Below are positions 12,887 to 25,637 of a stretch of DNA of 64,000 nt, one piece after another (position 1 is the first letter of the stretch; each line of letters opens with the position of its first letter). Source of the stretch: Laetmonice hystrix (taxonomy: Eukaryota); contig OZ249439.1 of the NCBI GenBank assembly GCA_965235115.1, positions 28,768,001 to 28,832,000 on the forward strand, in the 5' to 3' direction. The translations under genes were made by a program, and so were the position numbers. The notes beneath the pieces were generated by a model. It had not been told where the DNA came from, ran no database searches, and was given only the letters and a program-made list of their open reading frames with translations.

Positions 12887-13307
12887 CTTTTCGTTGATGA
12901 CTTATATTCTGTATGTTTACTGACTGCCGTGTGTTTCTCTACTATAGGTGCGTTATTCGACAATGAATCGTCACTTTCGTTGATGACTTATATTCTGTAT
13001 GTTTACTGACTGCCGTGTGTTTCTCTACTATAGGTGCGTTATTCGACAATGAATCGTCACTTTCGTTGATGACTTATATTCTGTATGTTTACTGACTGTT
13101 TCTCTACGACAGGTGCGTTATTCGACAATGAATCGTCACTTTGGTTGATGACTTATATTCTGTATGTTTACTGACTGTTTCTCTACGACAGGTGCGTTAT
13201 TCGACAATGAATCGTCACTTTGGTTGATGACTTATATTCTGTATGTTTACTGACTGCCGCGTTTTCCTCTACTTCAGGTGCGTTATTCGACAATGAATCG
13301 TCACTTT
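12887..13307 (+). repeat. Five tandem copies (79-86 bp) of the intron 1 3' splice site plus the first 30 nt of exon 2
   Basis: AG|GTGCGTTATTCGACAATGAATCGTCACTTT occurs with exon-side starts at 12948, 13034, 13113, 13192 and 13278. Confidence 0.97.
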
Positions 13308-13430
13308 ACACACGGACCGCCTTCCGGTACGAGATAGAGAAACACAACAATGGGACCCAATCCGGCTTCAAACTGGATAAATATGAAAAGATCATAGATA
13401 TCGCCGACAGTTACGCGCTCGGAAGAGCAA
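13278..13430 (+). CDS. GRIA: GluA coding exon 2 (ATD): (G)ALFDNESSLYTRTAFRYEIEKHNNG...IADSYALGRA(I)
   Basis: CTTCAG acceptor at 13276-77, GTAAGT donor at 13431, 153 nt, phase 1-1. AFRY and DSY motifs are typical of the AMPAR ATD. Confidence 0.92.
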
Positions 13431-13960
13431 GTAAGTAAATGCCTTCTCTTTGTTTTCGTACCTCGATCCTAGAAATGACCAGGATTTGTTTTTTCTAATT
13501 ATGATGAATAATTGCCCTTTCTGACTACCAACTTTATGGTCTTTATACTCCTGAAGGCCACAAGGAAAGAGGTAAAATACGCCCATCAGAATTAAGTTCT
13601 TTGGAATCAATATTGGTCTCATATTTTACAGGCGCCCAGACTCAATATTCATTTCAGGAAATTGTTAATGAACACTTAAAAAGATTCAAAGCATTTGTCA
13701 TGACAAAGACACTTGGCAAGAGCGAACGTAGCATTTTATAGACGTTTTACCAGTCTCATTGACGGAAAAGAAAGTGCTTGAAATTTGGATGTTATTTGAA
13801 AGCTTCTCCAATTCGACCTTTTTGACTGTGAAGAAAGGCAGCTTGGTGTTCGCATCCATCTGTTAGTGCAAGTAAAAAAAGAACCTTTAAATTGATTGCA
13901 TATCAGGCGCTTATTTATTTTATTTTGAGAAAACATCTGGAATAACGTAAAGTCAGATGG

Positions 13961-14774
13961 ATTAAAGTGTCCTATTGGTGGTTCATCACTACCTGGTTTG
14001 TAAACATTAAAGTGTCCTATTGGTGGCTCACTACCTGGTCTGTAAACATTGAAGTGTCCTATTAGTGGCTCACTACCTGGTCTGTAAACATTAAAGTGTC
14101 CTATTAGTGGCTCACTACCTGGTCTGTAAACATTACAGTGTCCTATTGGTGGCTCACTACCTGGTCTGTAAACATTACAGTGTCCTATTGGTGGCTCACT
14201 ACCCGGTCTGTAAACATTGAAGTGTCCTATTGGTGGCTCACTACCTGGTCTGTAAACATTGAAGTGTCCTATTGGTGGCTCACTACCTGGTCTGTAAACA
14301 TTGAAGTGTCCTATTGGTGGCTCACTACCTGGTCTGTAAACATTGAAGTGTCCTATTGGTGGCTCACTACCTGGTCTGTAAACATTGAAGTGTCCTATTG
14401 GTGGCTCACCACCTGGTCTGTAAACATTGAAGTGTCCTATTGGTGGCTCACTACTTGGTCTGTAAACATTGAAGTGTCCTATTGGTGGCTCACTACCTGG
14501 TCTGTGGTCTGTAAACATTACAGTGTCCTATTGGTGGCTCACTACCCGGTCTGTAAACATTACAGTGTCCTATTGGTGGCTCACTACTTGGTCTGTAAAC
14601 ATTACAGTGTCCTATTGGTGGCTCACTACTTGGTCTGTAAACATTACAGTGTCCTATTGGTGGCTCACTACCTGGTCTGTAAACATTACAGTGTCCTATT
14701 GGTGGCTCACTACCCGGTCTGTAAACATTGAAGTGTCCTATCGGTGGCTCACTACCTGCTCTGTAAACATTAAA
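13961..14774 (+). repeat. 42-bp minisatellite (CTGTAAACATTGAAGTGTCCTATTGGTGGCTCACTACCTGGT), about 19 copies
   Basis: Tandem copies; source of the 14-aa periodic ORFs in the track. Confidence 0.97.
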
Positions 14775-15596
14775 ATTACGTGCGGTTTTAACATATACTT
14801 CGTCAGCACGCTCGTACATCTTTTTATCGTTCATTGTAACCGATTCTATTCTTCTACAACACAGAAGTTCGGTGGTGCCTCTGGTGCTGAGTGATTTACA
14901 GTCGTCATGAAACACTCAGATAAAGATCTAATAAAGTCGGTGAAATTAGCAGCTAACATGATATATTATGACAGATCATTTAGCAATCAATTAAAGAGCC
15001 CATGCCATTATAACCACAATGTATTCACACAATAGCACATGATGTCATACATAAACTATAACATCAGATTTATAACCAACAAAACGGCAGACTGCACATA
15101 TTTACAATCTTTTCACCAGAACGCATTTCTGGGTTATCCCTTTTCAATTTGCCGGTTGAAAGCTATTCAGGACATGATTGCACCATACACAGGTTGAATA
15201 ACACGTGTACAATTCACCTTGCCGTCAATTCGATAATGATACCATACTTCAACAACACGCCGTTTTTCTGCAGGTCTATGTTTGGCCAGACAATAACTAT
15301 CCTGTTGTAACATACTCTAACGTCAGCATTTTCATGTGACACGCACGACTTTTTAAGTTCAATGTGTAACAGATATTTCACTTGAATTCATATATTTTGT
15401 ATAGCGCTGAAGTTCTGTTTGCAACGCGCAAAATGGAAAAGCTTTCGAGCTCTCTTGGATGGTTGCCAGGCTCTGACTCAGAGATCGCAACTCAACTATA
15501 TTCTAAAATGAATGGTCGGAGTTATTTTGTCAACCATTTCATTGAATCGAGTAATTGTCACCGATTTTCGATAATTCACTCTCATGCTAATCCCAA

Positions 15597-15668
15597 CTCT
15601 CTCTCTGCGTGTGTGTGTCTCTCTCTCTGTCTCTCTCTGTCTCTCTATCTCTCTGTCTGTCTCTCTCT
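15597..15668 (+). repeat. Compound (CT)/(GT) microsatellite
   Basis: Visible dinucleotide runs. Confidence 0.9.
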
Positions 15669-17799
15669 GATGCTGTGGCAACACCTCACGACATCCTCTT
15701 CTTGTTATACTTACCTGATGGATGTTTACAATGCCAAGACACATGTTAACTCCAACGAAAATAATCTTTTTACCATTGGAAAACCATCTTTTGGAACTAG
15801 TTCTGTTTCTGAAATGCCAATAACTCTATTCATCTAGAAAGTGAGTTTTCTAAACAGAACACAGAAAACAGAAATCAGTAAAGTAAACAGCTGACAAACT
15901 TGTTTACTGAGTAAGGTAAACAGCTGACAGCTGACAGACTTGTTTACTGAGTAAAGTAAACAACTGACAGAGTTCTAGACTAAGACTGTATGTAGATTTC
16001 ATACTTCAAATCGAGAATCGTATGTGCCAAGGCACCCTGGGGTATGACAACCGTTTGGCCATCATTAACGTCATGTCAGTAGACCTGGCAGTCATCCGAT
16101 GGACAAGGGTCAGACCTATAGTGTAGTCAGCCTCGATTGGCCATCGTGACGTTTAACCCAGTTTGACTGATTACCGTCCTGAACGACTGTAGTCAGGTCC
16201 GAGTTAGCCGTCCATCATGTGCAATGTAGCGCAGATGCCTGGGCTGCCTAACCAGTTAATTTGGTTTGGGCGATGACAGATTGACATCCGGGCCACCGCC
16301 GTCAAAGTCTCCTTTCTGACTCGACCCTTTGGCCCGGGGGCTCCCCGACCAACGGTCGGGTTCCCTCGGGGTTCGCAACCGGATTGTCTACCGGACATTG
16401 ATGTACGCGCACGCGCCAAAACCAGTCCGAACAAACAACAGATGGCCTTGCAATTTGTGTTTGCACTGATAGAGCATGCTGCCAGTGTTTAGTTTATGGT
16501 ATAGATGACGCAGTGTCTATACACAGGCCAACCCTCTCCGAGCCAAGGAAATTCCCTGATGAATTCATGTTTCACGTGTGTTCGGCGTTGGTAAATTAGA
16601 ACACAAATTACACAACCATTGATTTCGTTTGTTGCTAATCGACATGCAAAACGCCCCACAGTATAAGGCCAATGTAGCAATGCGCGTTTCTTTTCCGTTT
16701 TACGCTTTATACCCGCACCGTCGTTGTTTAACACTTCTAAAGTGGCTTAAGATCAATTTCTAAAAGAAACAGGCATGAAAAAAAGGCACTGGATCGCATC
16801 AAACTGCAGCGCCAGGAAAAGAAAATACTCAAGGCGTTTGGTAATCTCATATCACCAACCGTATTGATCGTCAACACCCTAGCCCGGTGAAACTGCCTCA
16901 ATCATTCAAGCAAGATTTACATTCAGTGTTTACCATTTTATAAAAAAAAGTAATCATTTAGGCGTTGTTAACGCAGTATAAGGACGCATCTAAAGGAGTT
17001 GTTGTGAAGTTCTAGGAGTATACCTTGTTCGCATGCACAGATAAGTAGTATGGCAAGATGGGAACCGGCGTCAGTCGTAAAAAACTGAGAGGTAATATAC
17101 GAATGAGCGGGAAGACGAGGGCGCTACCTCGACAAAGTGGGTGTATTCCTCAGGACACCGTACACCACTACACATTATTTCCATACGAGGCAGCTGTCCA
17201 TGGTAACAGTGTAGTGGCAGTGGGGGTACACTGCTAGATAACACACATCAGTCTTAGAACGATGTTAGGAGTTGAACCAGTGTCAGAGGAAGAGGAGACT
17301 GAAGCCATATCTGAGGTTGAATGTCGTAGGCAAACAGAGCTACTGCGACCTAGATATTCTGGTTCTCGGGACCAAGATAATTTGTAGGGGATTCGCTTTA
17401 GCGTATGAAGCTCGTTTACAAAGTTGAACATTGAACATCCTTTGTGGTAATCACCATCTCTTGAAGATGCCTTTCGAATCATTAAAACGCTCAGTGCGAC
17501 CCTACATAAACGCGTGGAAAATGACAAGAGTCTATTTATGCATGGACTTCTATTTTCAGACCATACTAATTGACAATGCTTCTATATTTTGACTATTGAA
17601 ACCTTTATGCACGTGATTTTAATGAATTCGTTTTCGTTAGTATTTCAATTTGTTTGCTGTATTTCTGGGACCGATTTCCTTCCCCCCAGCAGGGAGTAGC
17701 CGTGTGGCGGGTATATCGGTGTATGTATAATGTTTCCTTGGTATACAGGATGTATAGTAGCAGAAGCCGGCCCTGTGTGACATATACCGACGGTGGCAT

Positions 17800-18140
17800 A
17801 TATAGTCTCCCCACCTTCCTGCCTGACTACAAATTCAGGATCAACTTAGACATTACCATCCTTAACGCATGCCACTCAATGTGTTACTTCACTTTGACCC
17901 TTTTCGATCATTTCTATAAGAAATACAACCCATCCTGTCGGCCCCACCAATCTGCCCTTGTTGTGCCATCAAGTATACGTGTATACGAAGGCGTTCTCTC
18001 AAGCTATACCCCCAGACCGCCGGCTGCCTGTTGTTACCAAAGCGACGACCGTCCGCGTCTTGCAATACGGGATCCCTTGGCGCAATTCCTGAAATATTCC
18101 ATACCAACCCAACGCAAGACTAGCGCCTACAACTAACGTA
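17800..18140 (+). mobile_element. Possible decayed LINE (L2/CR1 clade) 3' fragment
   Basis: Translation SALVVPSSIRVY...SYTPRP...IRDPLAQFLK loosely resembles the L2 ORF2 C-terminal L.VP...G.R.FS...P.LWN.LP...SL..FK. Confidence 0.3.
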
Positions 18141-18744
18141 TAATAAGGCTGCCTTGTTTCCCAATGTCTTTTCGCGGGGTCGGTTAGGGGTAAAGGCAGT
18201 GGGGCGGAGGGAAGAGGTGCCGTAGTGGGAGCCGTTCCGGATATTGTTTCGTCTTTGTATTTCTATGACCTGACAACGCAAGGCTAGCACGCTATCGGGA
18301 CGCTACAGACTCGGGCTCGCCACACACACAGGAAGGAGAGTCCATTATTTAATTTGCTCTCCATCAGGTCTTATTAACAGTGAATAGCTGGCGTGTGGAG
18401 AATGTTTCTGCTTAATTAGTTTGGTTCGTGATTCCCGCTTGGTTCTTTGCTGTCGTCAAACAGCACCGAGATAGCACGGTTCCCAGCAGTATAGACGGTC
18501 CTGTGAGAGAGTATGGCGGCAATGGCGACATGTATGTGGGAGATGCCGGCCACAAGGAATCTTGTGGGATCGTGTAGAGGTCCCCTGTTAAAACGATGCC
18601 TGGCTAGACTGGTGGGATCATTTTATATCCAGGTTCCCTCGAGGGGCTCTTTCATTAAAATTGGTCAATGTGAAGGATTATAATACTGAAAGTAGTCTGG
18701 AGGTGTCGGAACCGAGCATGAAGAGGGCCGGGGACCACAGGCAC

Positions 18745-19799
18745 GGACAGTGGCCACCGGTAGGCGGGACCCAGGGAGGGCCGGCTGATTCCTCCATCAT
18801 TGTGGTGGGGCAGACAGTGGCCACCGGTAGGCGGGACCCACGGAGGGCCGGCTGATTCCTCCATCATTGTGGTGGGGCAGACAGTGGCCACCGGTAGGCG
18901 GGACCCAGGGAGGGCCGGCTGATTCCTCCATCATTGTGGTGGGGCAGACAGTGGCCACCGGTAGGCGGGACCCACGGAGGGCCGACTGATTCCTCCATCA
19001 TTGTGGTGGGGCAGACAGTGGCCACCGGTAGGCGGGACCCACGGAGGGCCGGCTGATTCCTCCATCATTGTGGTGGGGCAGACAGTGGCCACCGGTAGGC
19101 GGGACCCACGGAGGGCCGGCTGATTCCTCCATCATTGTGGTGGGGCAGACAGTGGCCACCGGTAGGCGGGACCCAGGGAGGGCCGGCTGATTCCTCCATC
19201 ATTGTGGTGGGGCAGACAGTGGCCACCGGTAGGCGGGACCCACGGAGGGCCGGCTGATTCCTTCATCATTGTGGTGGGGCAGACAGTGGCCACCGGTAGG
19301 CGGGACCCACGGAGGGCCGGCTGATTCCTCCATCATTGTGGTGGGGCAGACAGTGGCCACCGGTAGGCGGGACCCAGGGAGGGCCGGCTGATTCCTCCAT
19401 CATTGTGGTGGGGCAGACAGTGGCCACCGGTAGGCGGGACCCAGGGAGGGCCGGCTGATTCCTCCATCATTGTGGTGGGGCAGACAGTGGCCACCGGTAG
19501 GCGGGACCCAGGGAGGGCCGGCTGATTCCTCCATCATTGTGGTGGGGCAGACAGTGGCCACCGGTAGGCGGGACCCGCGGAGGGCCGGCTGATTCCTCCA
19601 TCATTGTGGTGGGGCAGACAGTGGCCACCGGTAGGCGGGACCCACGGAGGGCCGGCTGATTCCTCCATCATTGTGGTGGGGCAGACAGTGGCCACCGGTA
19701 GGCGGGACCCACGGAGGGCCGGCTGATTCCTCCATCATTGTGGTGGGGCAGACAGTGGCCACCGGTATAGGCGGGACCCACGGAGGGCCGGCTGATTCC
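18745..19799 (+). repeat. 67-bp GC-rich minisatellite, about 16 copies
   Basis: Unit GACAGTGGCCACCGGTAGGCGGGACCCACGGAGGGCCGGCTGATTCCTCCATCATTGTGGTGGGGCA; period confirmed at 18813/18880. Confidence 0.97.
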
Positions 19800-20033
19800 A
19801 GCTAGGAAACCATGGACACGGAAGCTCCGTCTAGGGCGGGCTCTGACGTAGCCAATCATCATTACCAATCTGCGGACACGTGACTCGTAGACTGGTAGAT
19901 GAGGATCTCCATAGACGGCTGCAGTACCTGATAGTGCAGAACCTCAAACAGCACGACCTAAAGTCATTGTTTCATATCATTGCTATTTTAGGTTTTAAGG
20001 ACGGAACCCATATTTTTAATAATAAATCGCACG

Positions 20034-20192
20034 CAGTTGCGTACCCAGAAACTGGACCCGGGGGGGGGGGGGGTGCTGGAAATAACCAACGTCGTAGGCG
20101 CTGCAAATTGGGAGGGGGCTGTAGGCAACGATCGCAAAAACATGGGCAAATTGAGGGGGGTGCAACCCCCCCCCCCCTCGGGTACGCCACTA
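20034..20192. mobile_element. MITE with CAGT(G/T)GCGTACCC ... GGGTACGCCACT ends
   Basis: Inverted termini and internal G/C homopolymer runs like the GGCGGATCC family; no clear TSD. Confidence 0.55.
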
Positions 20193-20772
20193 CAGACGTC
20201 ACATTCGTTGATCTAGCCTGTTACCCAAGTTAAACTTTCCTGGTACAATACCGACACTGCGCAGGCGCCTACACACCCTTCCCTTAATGTGCATTGCTTG
20301 GGGCGAACAGATTCTTGAGCATATCTTCTCAAACATTTCACCAAGAAATCGTCTCCGGGAGCTAAACATTTACGGATGAGTAGAAGCAGAATGGACGGAT
20401 AAGGTTTTAGAGTAGACACTCGACGTTCTCCTGGCATCCTGTCTGGGTAGAAATGGGAACGTATCTGCTATCAGAGAAATGATCTTCACTGAAAGCGCTC
20501 TCACCAGCCCGATTGAGGAACTATTTACAGTTGAGCAAATAACAACCAGAGATAAAATGGCACCGCAATTACGTGATGAATTCTCTGCTATGCGTATTAG
20601 TCTAAAGCTGTTGCCTTAAAACGCTTTTCTTTTACCACATCCATTCTGTCGAAGCGTCCTTTTATTTACCTGATTAAGATTATGACAGTAACATTCCGAT
20701 TCTGCTCTGCATGAGAATCTCGTATATTTACAGGCTTTCAAATGTAAGTCTCCAAAGGGTAAAGCCCCGAAT

Positions 20773-22850
20773 ATAATACCGGAATAATGGTAAAGCCATT
20801 AGTGTAATACTGGAATAATGGTAAAGCCATTAGTAGGATACTGGAATAATGGTAAAGCCATTAGTAGAATACCGGAATAATGGTAAAGCCATTAGTAGAA
20901 TACTGGAATAATGGTAAAGCCATTAGTAGGATACTGGAATAATAGTAAAGCTATTAGTAGAATACTGGAATAATGGTAAAGCCATTAGTAGAATACCAAA
21001 ATAATGGTAATGCCATGAGTGTAATGCTGAAATAATGGTAATGCCATTAGTAGAATACTGGAATAATGGTAAAGCCATTAGTAGAATACCGGAATAATGG
21101 TAAAGCCATTAGTAGAATACTGGAATAATGGTAATGCCATTAGTATAATACTGGAATAATGGTAAAGCCATTAGTATAATACTGGAATAATGGTAAAGCC
21201 ATTAGTAGAATACTGGAATAATGGTAAAGCCATTAGTAGAATACTGGAATAATGGTAAAGCCATTGGTAGAATACTGGAATAATAGTAAAGCCATTAGTA
21301 TAATACTGGAATAATGGTAAAGCCATTAGTAGGATACTGGAATAATGGTAAAGCTATTAGTAGAATACTGGAATAATGGTAAAGCCATTAGTAGAATACT
21401 GGAATAATGGTAAAGCCATTAGTAGGATACTGGAATAATGGTAAAGCCATTAGTAGAATACTGGAATAATGGTAAAGCCATTAGTAGAATACTGGAATAA
21501 TGGTAAAGCTATTAGTAGAATACTGAAATAATGGTAAAGCTATTAGTAGAATACTGGAATAATGGTAAAGCCATTAGTAGAATACCGGAATAATGGTAAA
21601 GCCATTAGTAAAATACCGGAATAATGGTAATGCCATTAGTAAAATACCGGAATAATGGTAATGCCATTAGTAGAATACCGCAATAATGGTAAAGCCATTA
21701 GTAGAATACCGGAATAATGGTAAAGCCATTAGTAAAATACTGGAATAATGGTAAAGCCATTAGTATAATACTGGAATAATGGTAAAGCCATTAGTAAAAT
21801 ACTGGAATAATGGTAAAGCCATTAGTATAATACTGGAATAATGGTAAAGCCATTAGTAGAATACTGGAATAATGGTAAAGCCATTGGTAGAATACTGGAA
21901 TAATAGTAAAGCCATTAGTATAATACTGGAATAATGGTAAAGCCATTAGTAGGATACTGGAATAATGGTAAAGCTATTAGTAGAATACTGGAATAATGGT
22001 AAAGCCATTAGTAGAATACTGGAATAATGGTAAAGCCATTAGTAGGATACTGGAATAATGGTAAAGCCATTAGTAGAATACTGGAATAATGGTAAAGCCA
22101 TTAGTAGAATACTGGAATAATGGTAAAGCTATTAGTAGAATACTGAAATAATGGTAATGCCATTAGTAGAATACTGGAATAATGGTAAAGCTATTAGTAG
22201 AATACTGAAATAATGGTAATGCCATTAGTAGAATATTGGAATAATGGTAAAGCTATTAGTAGAATACTGGAATAATGGTAAAGCCATTAGTAGAATACTG
22301 GAATAATGGTAAAGCCATTGGTAGAATACCGGAATAATGGTAATGCCATTAGTAAAATACCGGAATAATGGTAATGCCATTAGTAGAATACCGCAATAAT
22401 GGTAAAGCCATTAGTAGAATACTGGAATAATGGTAAAGCCATTAGTAAAATACCGGAATAATGGTAATGCCATTAGTAAAATACCGGAATAATGGTAATG
22501 CCATTAGTAGAATACCGCAATAATGGTAATGCCATTAGTAGAATACTGGAATAATGGTAAAGCCATTAGTAGAATACCGGAATAATGGTAAAGCCATTAG
22601 TAGAATACTGGAATAATGGTAATGCCATTAGTATAATACTGGAATAATGGTAAAGCCATTAGTAAAATACCGGAATAATGGTAATGCCATTAGTAGAATA
22701 CCGGAATAATGGTAAAGCCATTAGTAGAATACCGGAATAATGGTAAAGCCATTAGTAAAATACTGGAATAATGGTAAAGCCATTAGTAAAATACTGGAAT
22801 AATGGTAAAGCTATTAGTAGAATACTGAAATGATAGTAAAGATATTAGTA
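20773..22850 (+). repeat. 31-bp AT-rich satellite (GGAATAATGGTAAAGCCATTAGTAGAATACT), about 67 copies
   Basis: Period confirmed at 20821/20852. Confidence 0.98.
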
Positions 22851-23137
22851 GGGAATAATGATTATATTGGCGACCATGAACTTTGTCGGACACATGTAAT
22901 AAACTCACACCGACTTGTGAAATAATAGAAGGTTCATCCAGTTATTTCGACCCAGTCACTCGTTATGCTGGCCCTAGGATTTACTATGTTAGAAGACCGT
23001 GTTGGATGGCATACCGACACACAATGACATGTAAGCTGATATAATAAAATCTCAACTGTGTATCTGGGCCTTATGGTGAAATCCATTAAATTATACTTTT
23101 ATAATGAGGAAAATATTAGGCAAAGAGTGTAGCAGTG

Positions 23138-23781
23138 CACTGTAAAAACATCCGTAGAATAACAGACAAAATGTACAGATTTATTTGGTGTAAATTTATT
23201 TTACAGTAGAGTTACCTGTAAAATAATGCAGTAATCTTTACATTTACAAATAGAAATGCCATAAAATTACAAATGTTTCTGTCAAATTTACGTATTTTGC
23301 CTGTTTAATTACAGTTATAGGGAGCCGAAGTAGGTCACGAGATATTGCGTTACAACGCGATAAACGTCGATTTTGTTGACACGTCATTATCGCTCACGCT
23401 TGTTTAGCATTGCGCCGGCCATAGGGAACGGCGACTGTCAACTTCAACTTGTGATTTCTCTGTAATTATGCTGCCCCTAGTAATAAAACCTTCCCAGATA
23501 TTTGTATCAACCTGTTTTATGCTTGAATAGATAATTTTTATACATAACAACACAAAAATCTTCAAGACTAGGCCGATCTTTGGAACGATGTCTCTTCATC
23601 CTATGTTAAACCAATGGGGAAATTTGTGACGTAACATTTGGGTGTCAACATTGACGCTCCATTTGTACCTCCTATCCAGAAAATCCGTAACTGTGTCACG
23701 AGACTTCGGCGCCCTATTATAACTGGCAGCTGGGACGCCAGTGAAATTAACTGTAAAAATACGCAGCAGTTTTTTACAGTG
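23138..23781. mobile_element. Non-autonomous CACTG-ended DNA transposon (CMC/EnSpm-like), 2-bp TG TSD
   Basis: TG|CACTGTAAAAA ... TTTTTACAGTG|TG, with repeated CTGTAAA/TTTACAG subterminal motifs and an internal inverted pair (GTTATAGGGAGCCGAAGT / ACTTCGGCGCCCTATTATAAC). Confidence 0.75.
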
Positions 23782-25637
23782 TGGAACGTGTAGGAAGACG
23801 AGGATCACCGATCTGTTCCTGCTGGAAAAAAAAAACGATACGACCGTCTTATTCGAGTCTAGCCCCAGTCTTATTCCTCAGCCGACCTTCTGTTAAATTT
23901 CTAATAGATATGCAAACCAGCAGTGTGCCCTGAACCCGCTGTGGTTCCCAAGTGTGCGATGGGCGATCAGAATGCGAAAACGCACATGTTTGGAAGGGCA
24001 GTGCACTTGTAAATTGAATTAGTTTGATTCGATATGCCAATCGACTTCTGATGTACAACAGACGGTGTTTGTGTGGGGCTGCAGGTCAAAGGAAGGGCAC
24101 GGGAAGCCGACCTGCCAATATGGCGGGGTGCGCGGCTGGCGACTGCGGCAGCCATCTTGGACGGTTTCTTCACACACACACACACCACGGGCCCCAGACC
24201 TGCATCCAGCACCATGTCCTGTCGCTGCGATCGGGAGGCCAGGCGGCTGCTACTAACAATCGTGTACGCACGATAACGTCAACGGAAACGCAAATCACAA
24301 GAATCAATACGTCTGGACTTGTTATTGAGTCCTGTATACACAGAGATAATAGAGCGTCAAATAATGGAAATAGAAATATTGAATTGCGCGCGACCGAGGG
24401 CCGGGGAGAGCGGTGAGCTCGGCTCCTCGACCCGCCTTGGACAAACTTGTCCCGGCGCTAATACAATACTGGCGAGGGCATCGCTAGCGTCTGTTCATTT
24501 CTAGGAGAGATTTTCTCGGGGGGGGGGGGAGAACGCTCCTTGGCGCGAGGTGTTGTCAGGCACAGCCTTTAAAAGGAACGACCAGCATACAAGTCAGCTC
24601 GGAGGTATAGAGTTTATATTTTGAAAAAGATCCTATCTGCAAGGAAAATAACTATGATATATACATCAAAGTAGCTTCCGGTTCGGGGCTGTTGAATCTC
24701 TGGTGAATATGATTCCTAAAAAGTTAATGAATTTTGGAAAAGGATGCTCAATGCAGCGAAATATAATTATAATGGTGGAACGCTGTCCGCCGACCCCCCC
24801 CCCCCCCCCCCCTCCGCCCCCACACGTTATTTGAATTTTACCTAACTTCCTCCCAATCGACCTCGGTTCAGAATTAGCACATGAAGACCTATTCATCACT
24901 AGGACCTAATCTACATTAGCGACTTTATAACTGCCATCCTCCCGCTCGACGCTGCCACCAGGCACTCGGCTACACCCGGACTGGAGGCGGTCGGAGAGCT
25001 CCCTGGCTTGATGTCGGTCGGGTAGAACCAGCGAAAGGTCATTGTGCGACCCCATCCATTACCATCAATTGTCAAGGAGCTAATACCTAGACTCGGGGGT
25101 AGTCGACATCAGCCCCGGCCCCGTCCCCACCAGGGTCACGGCCGGGCCGGGCCCACTCTGACGCTTCTCGTATCGAGGACACAGAAAAGGCGTCAGTGGC
25201 CAACTTGTCCCTGGACCGGATTATCTCGCACAGACAACGGCTTATCCTGACTGCTGTATCCGATTAAAGAAACCAGCCACATGAGCCAGCAGTTCTGCAC
25301 GCCACGCTTCGGTGTGAATGGCTGTACCATATCAGAACCCGATGCTGTTGTTTTTTTTGTCTATCAGTCTTCCCAACGTGCATTAAATACATGGTGGTGT
25401 CGAAATTGAAGCAGGCAGAGACAGCGATAAAGATTATACCAGCAGTATAAGTCCAATGATCCACATATAATCCAGAGTTTGTCTGGCGTTGTCAAATCTA
25501 TACAATATTTTGTCAGTCTTTCGGGACAACCATAGGTGAAGAAAGTTGAAAATATAAAAATTTGGAACGTACTGCGAACGCCCGATGGTTTGCTCACTTA
25601 TTGGATCATAAAGAAAAAAGAACGAGACCATCTTGTA

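Noticed and set aside
13736-14915. 140-260 aa periodic ORFs on both strands
   Set aside because: Artefact of the 42-bp minisatellite.
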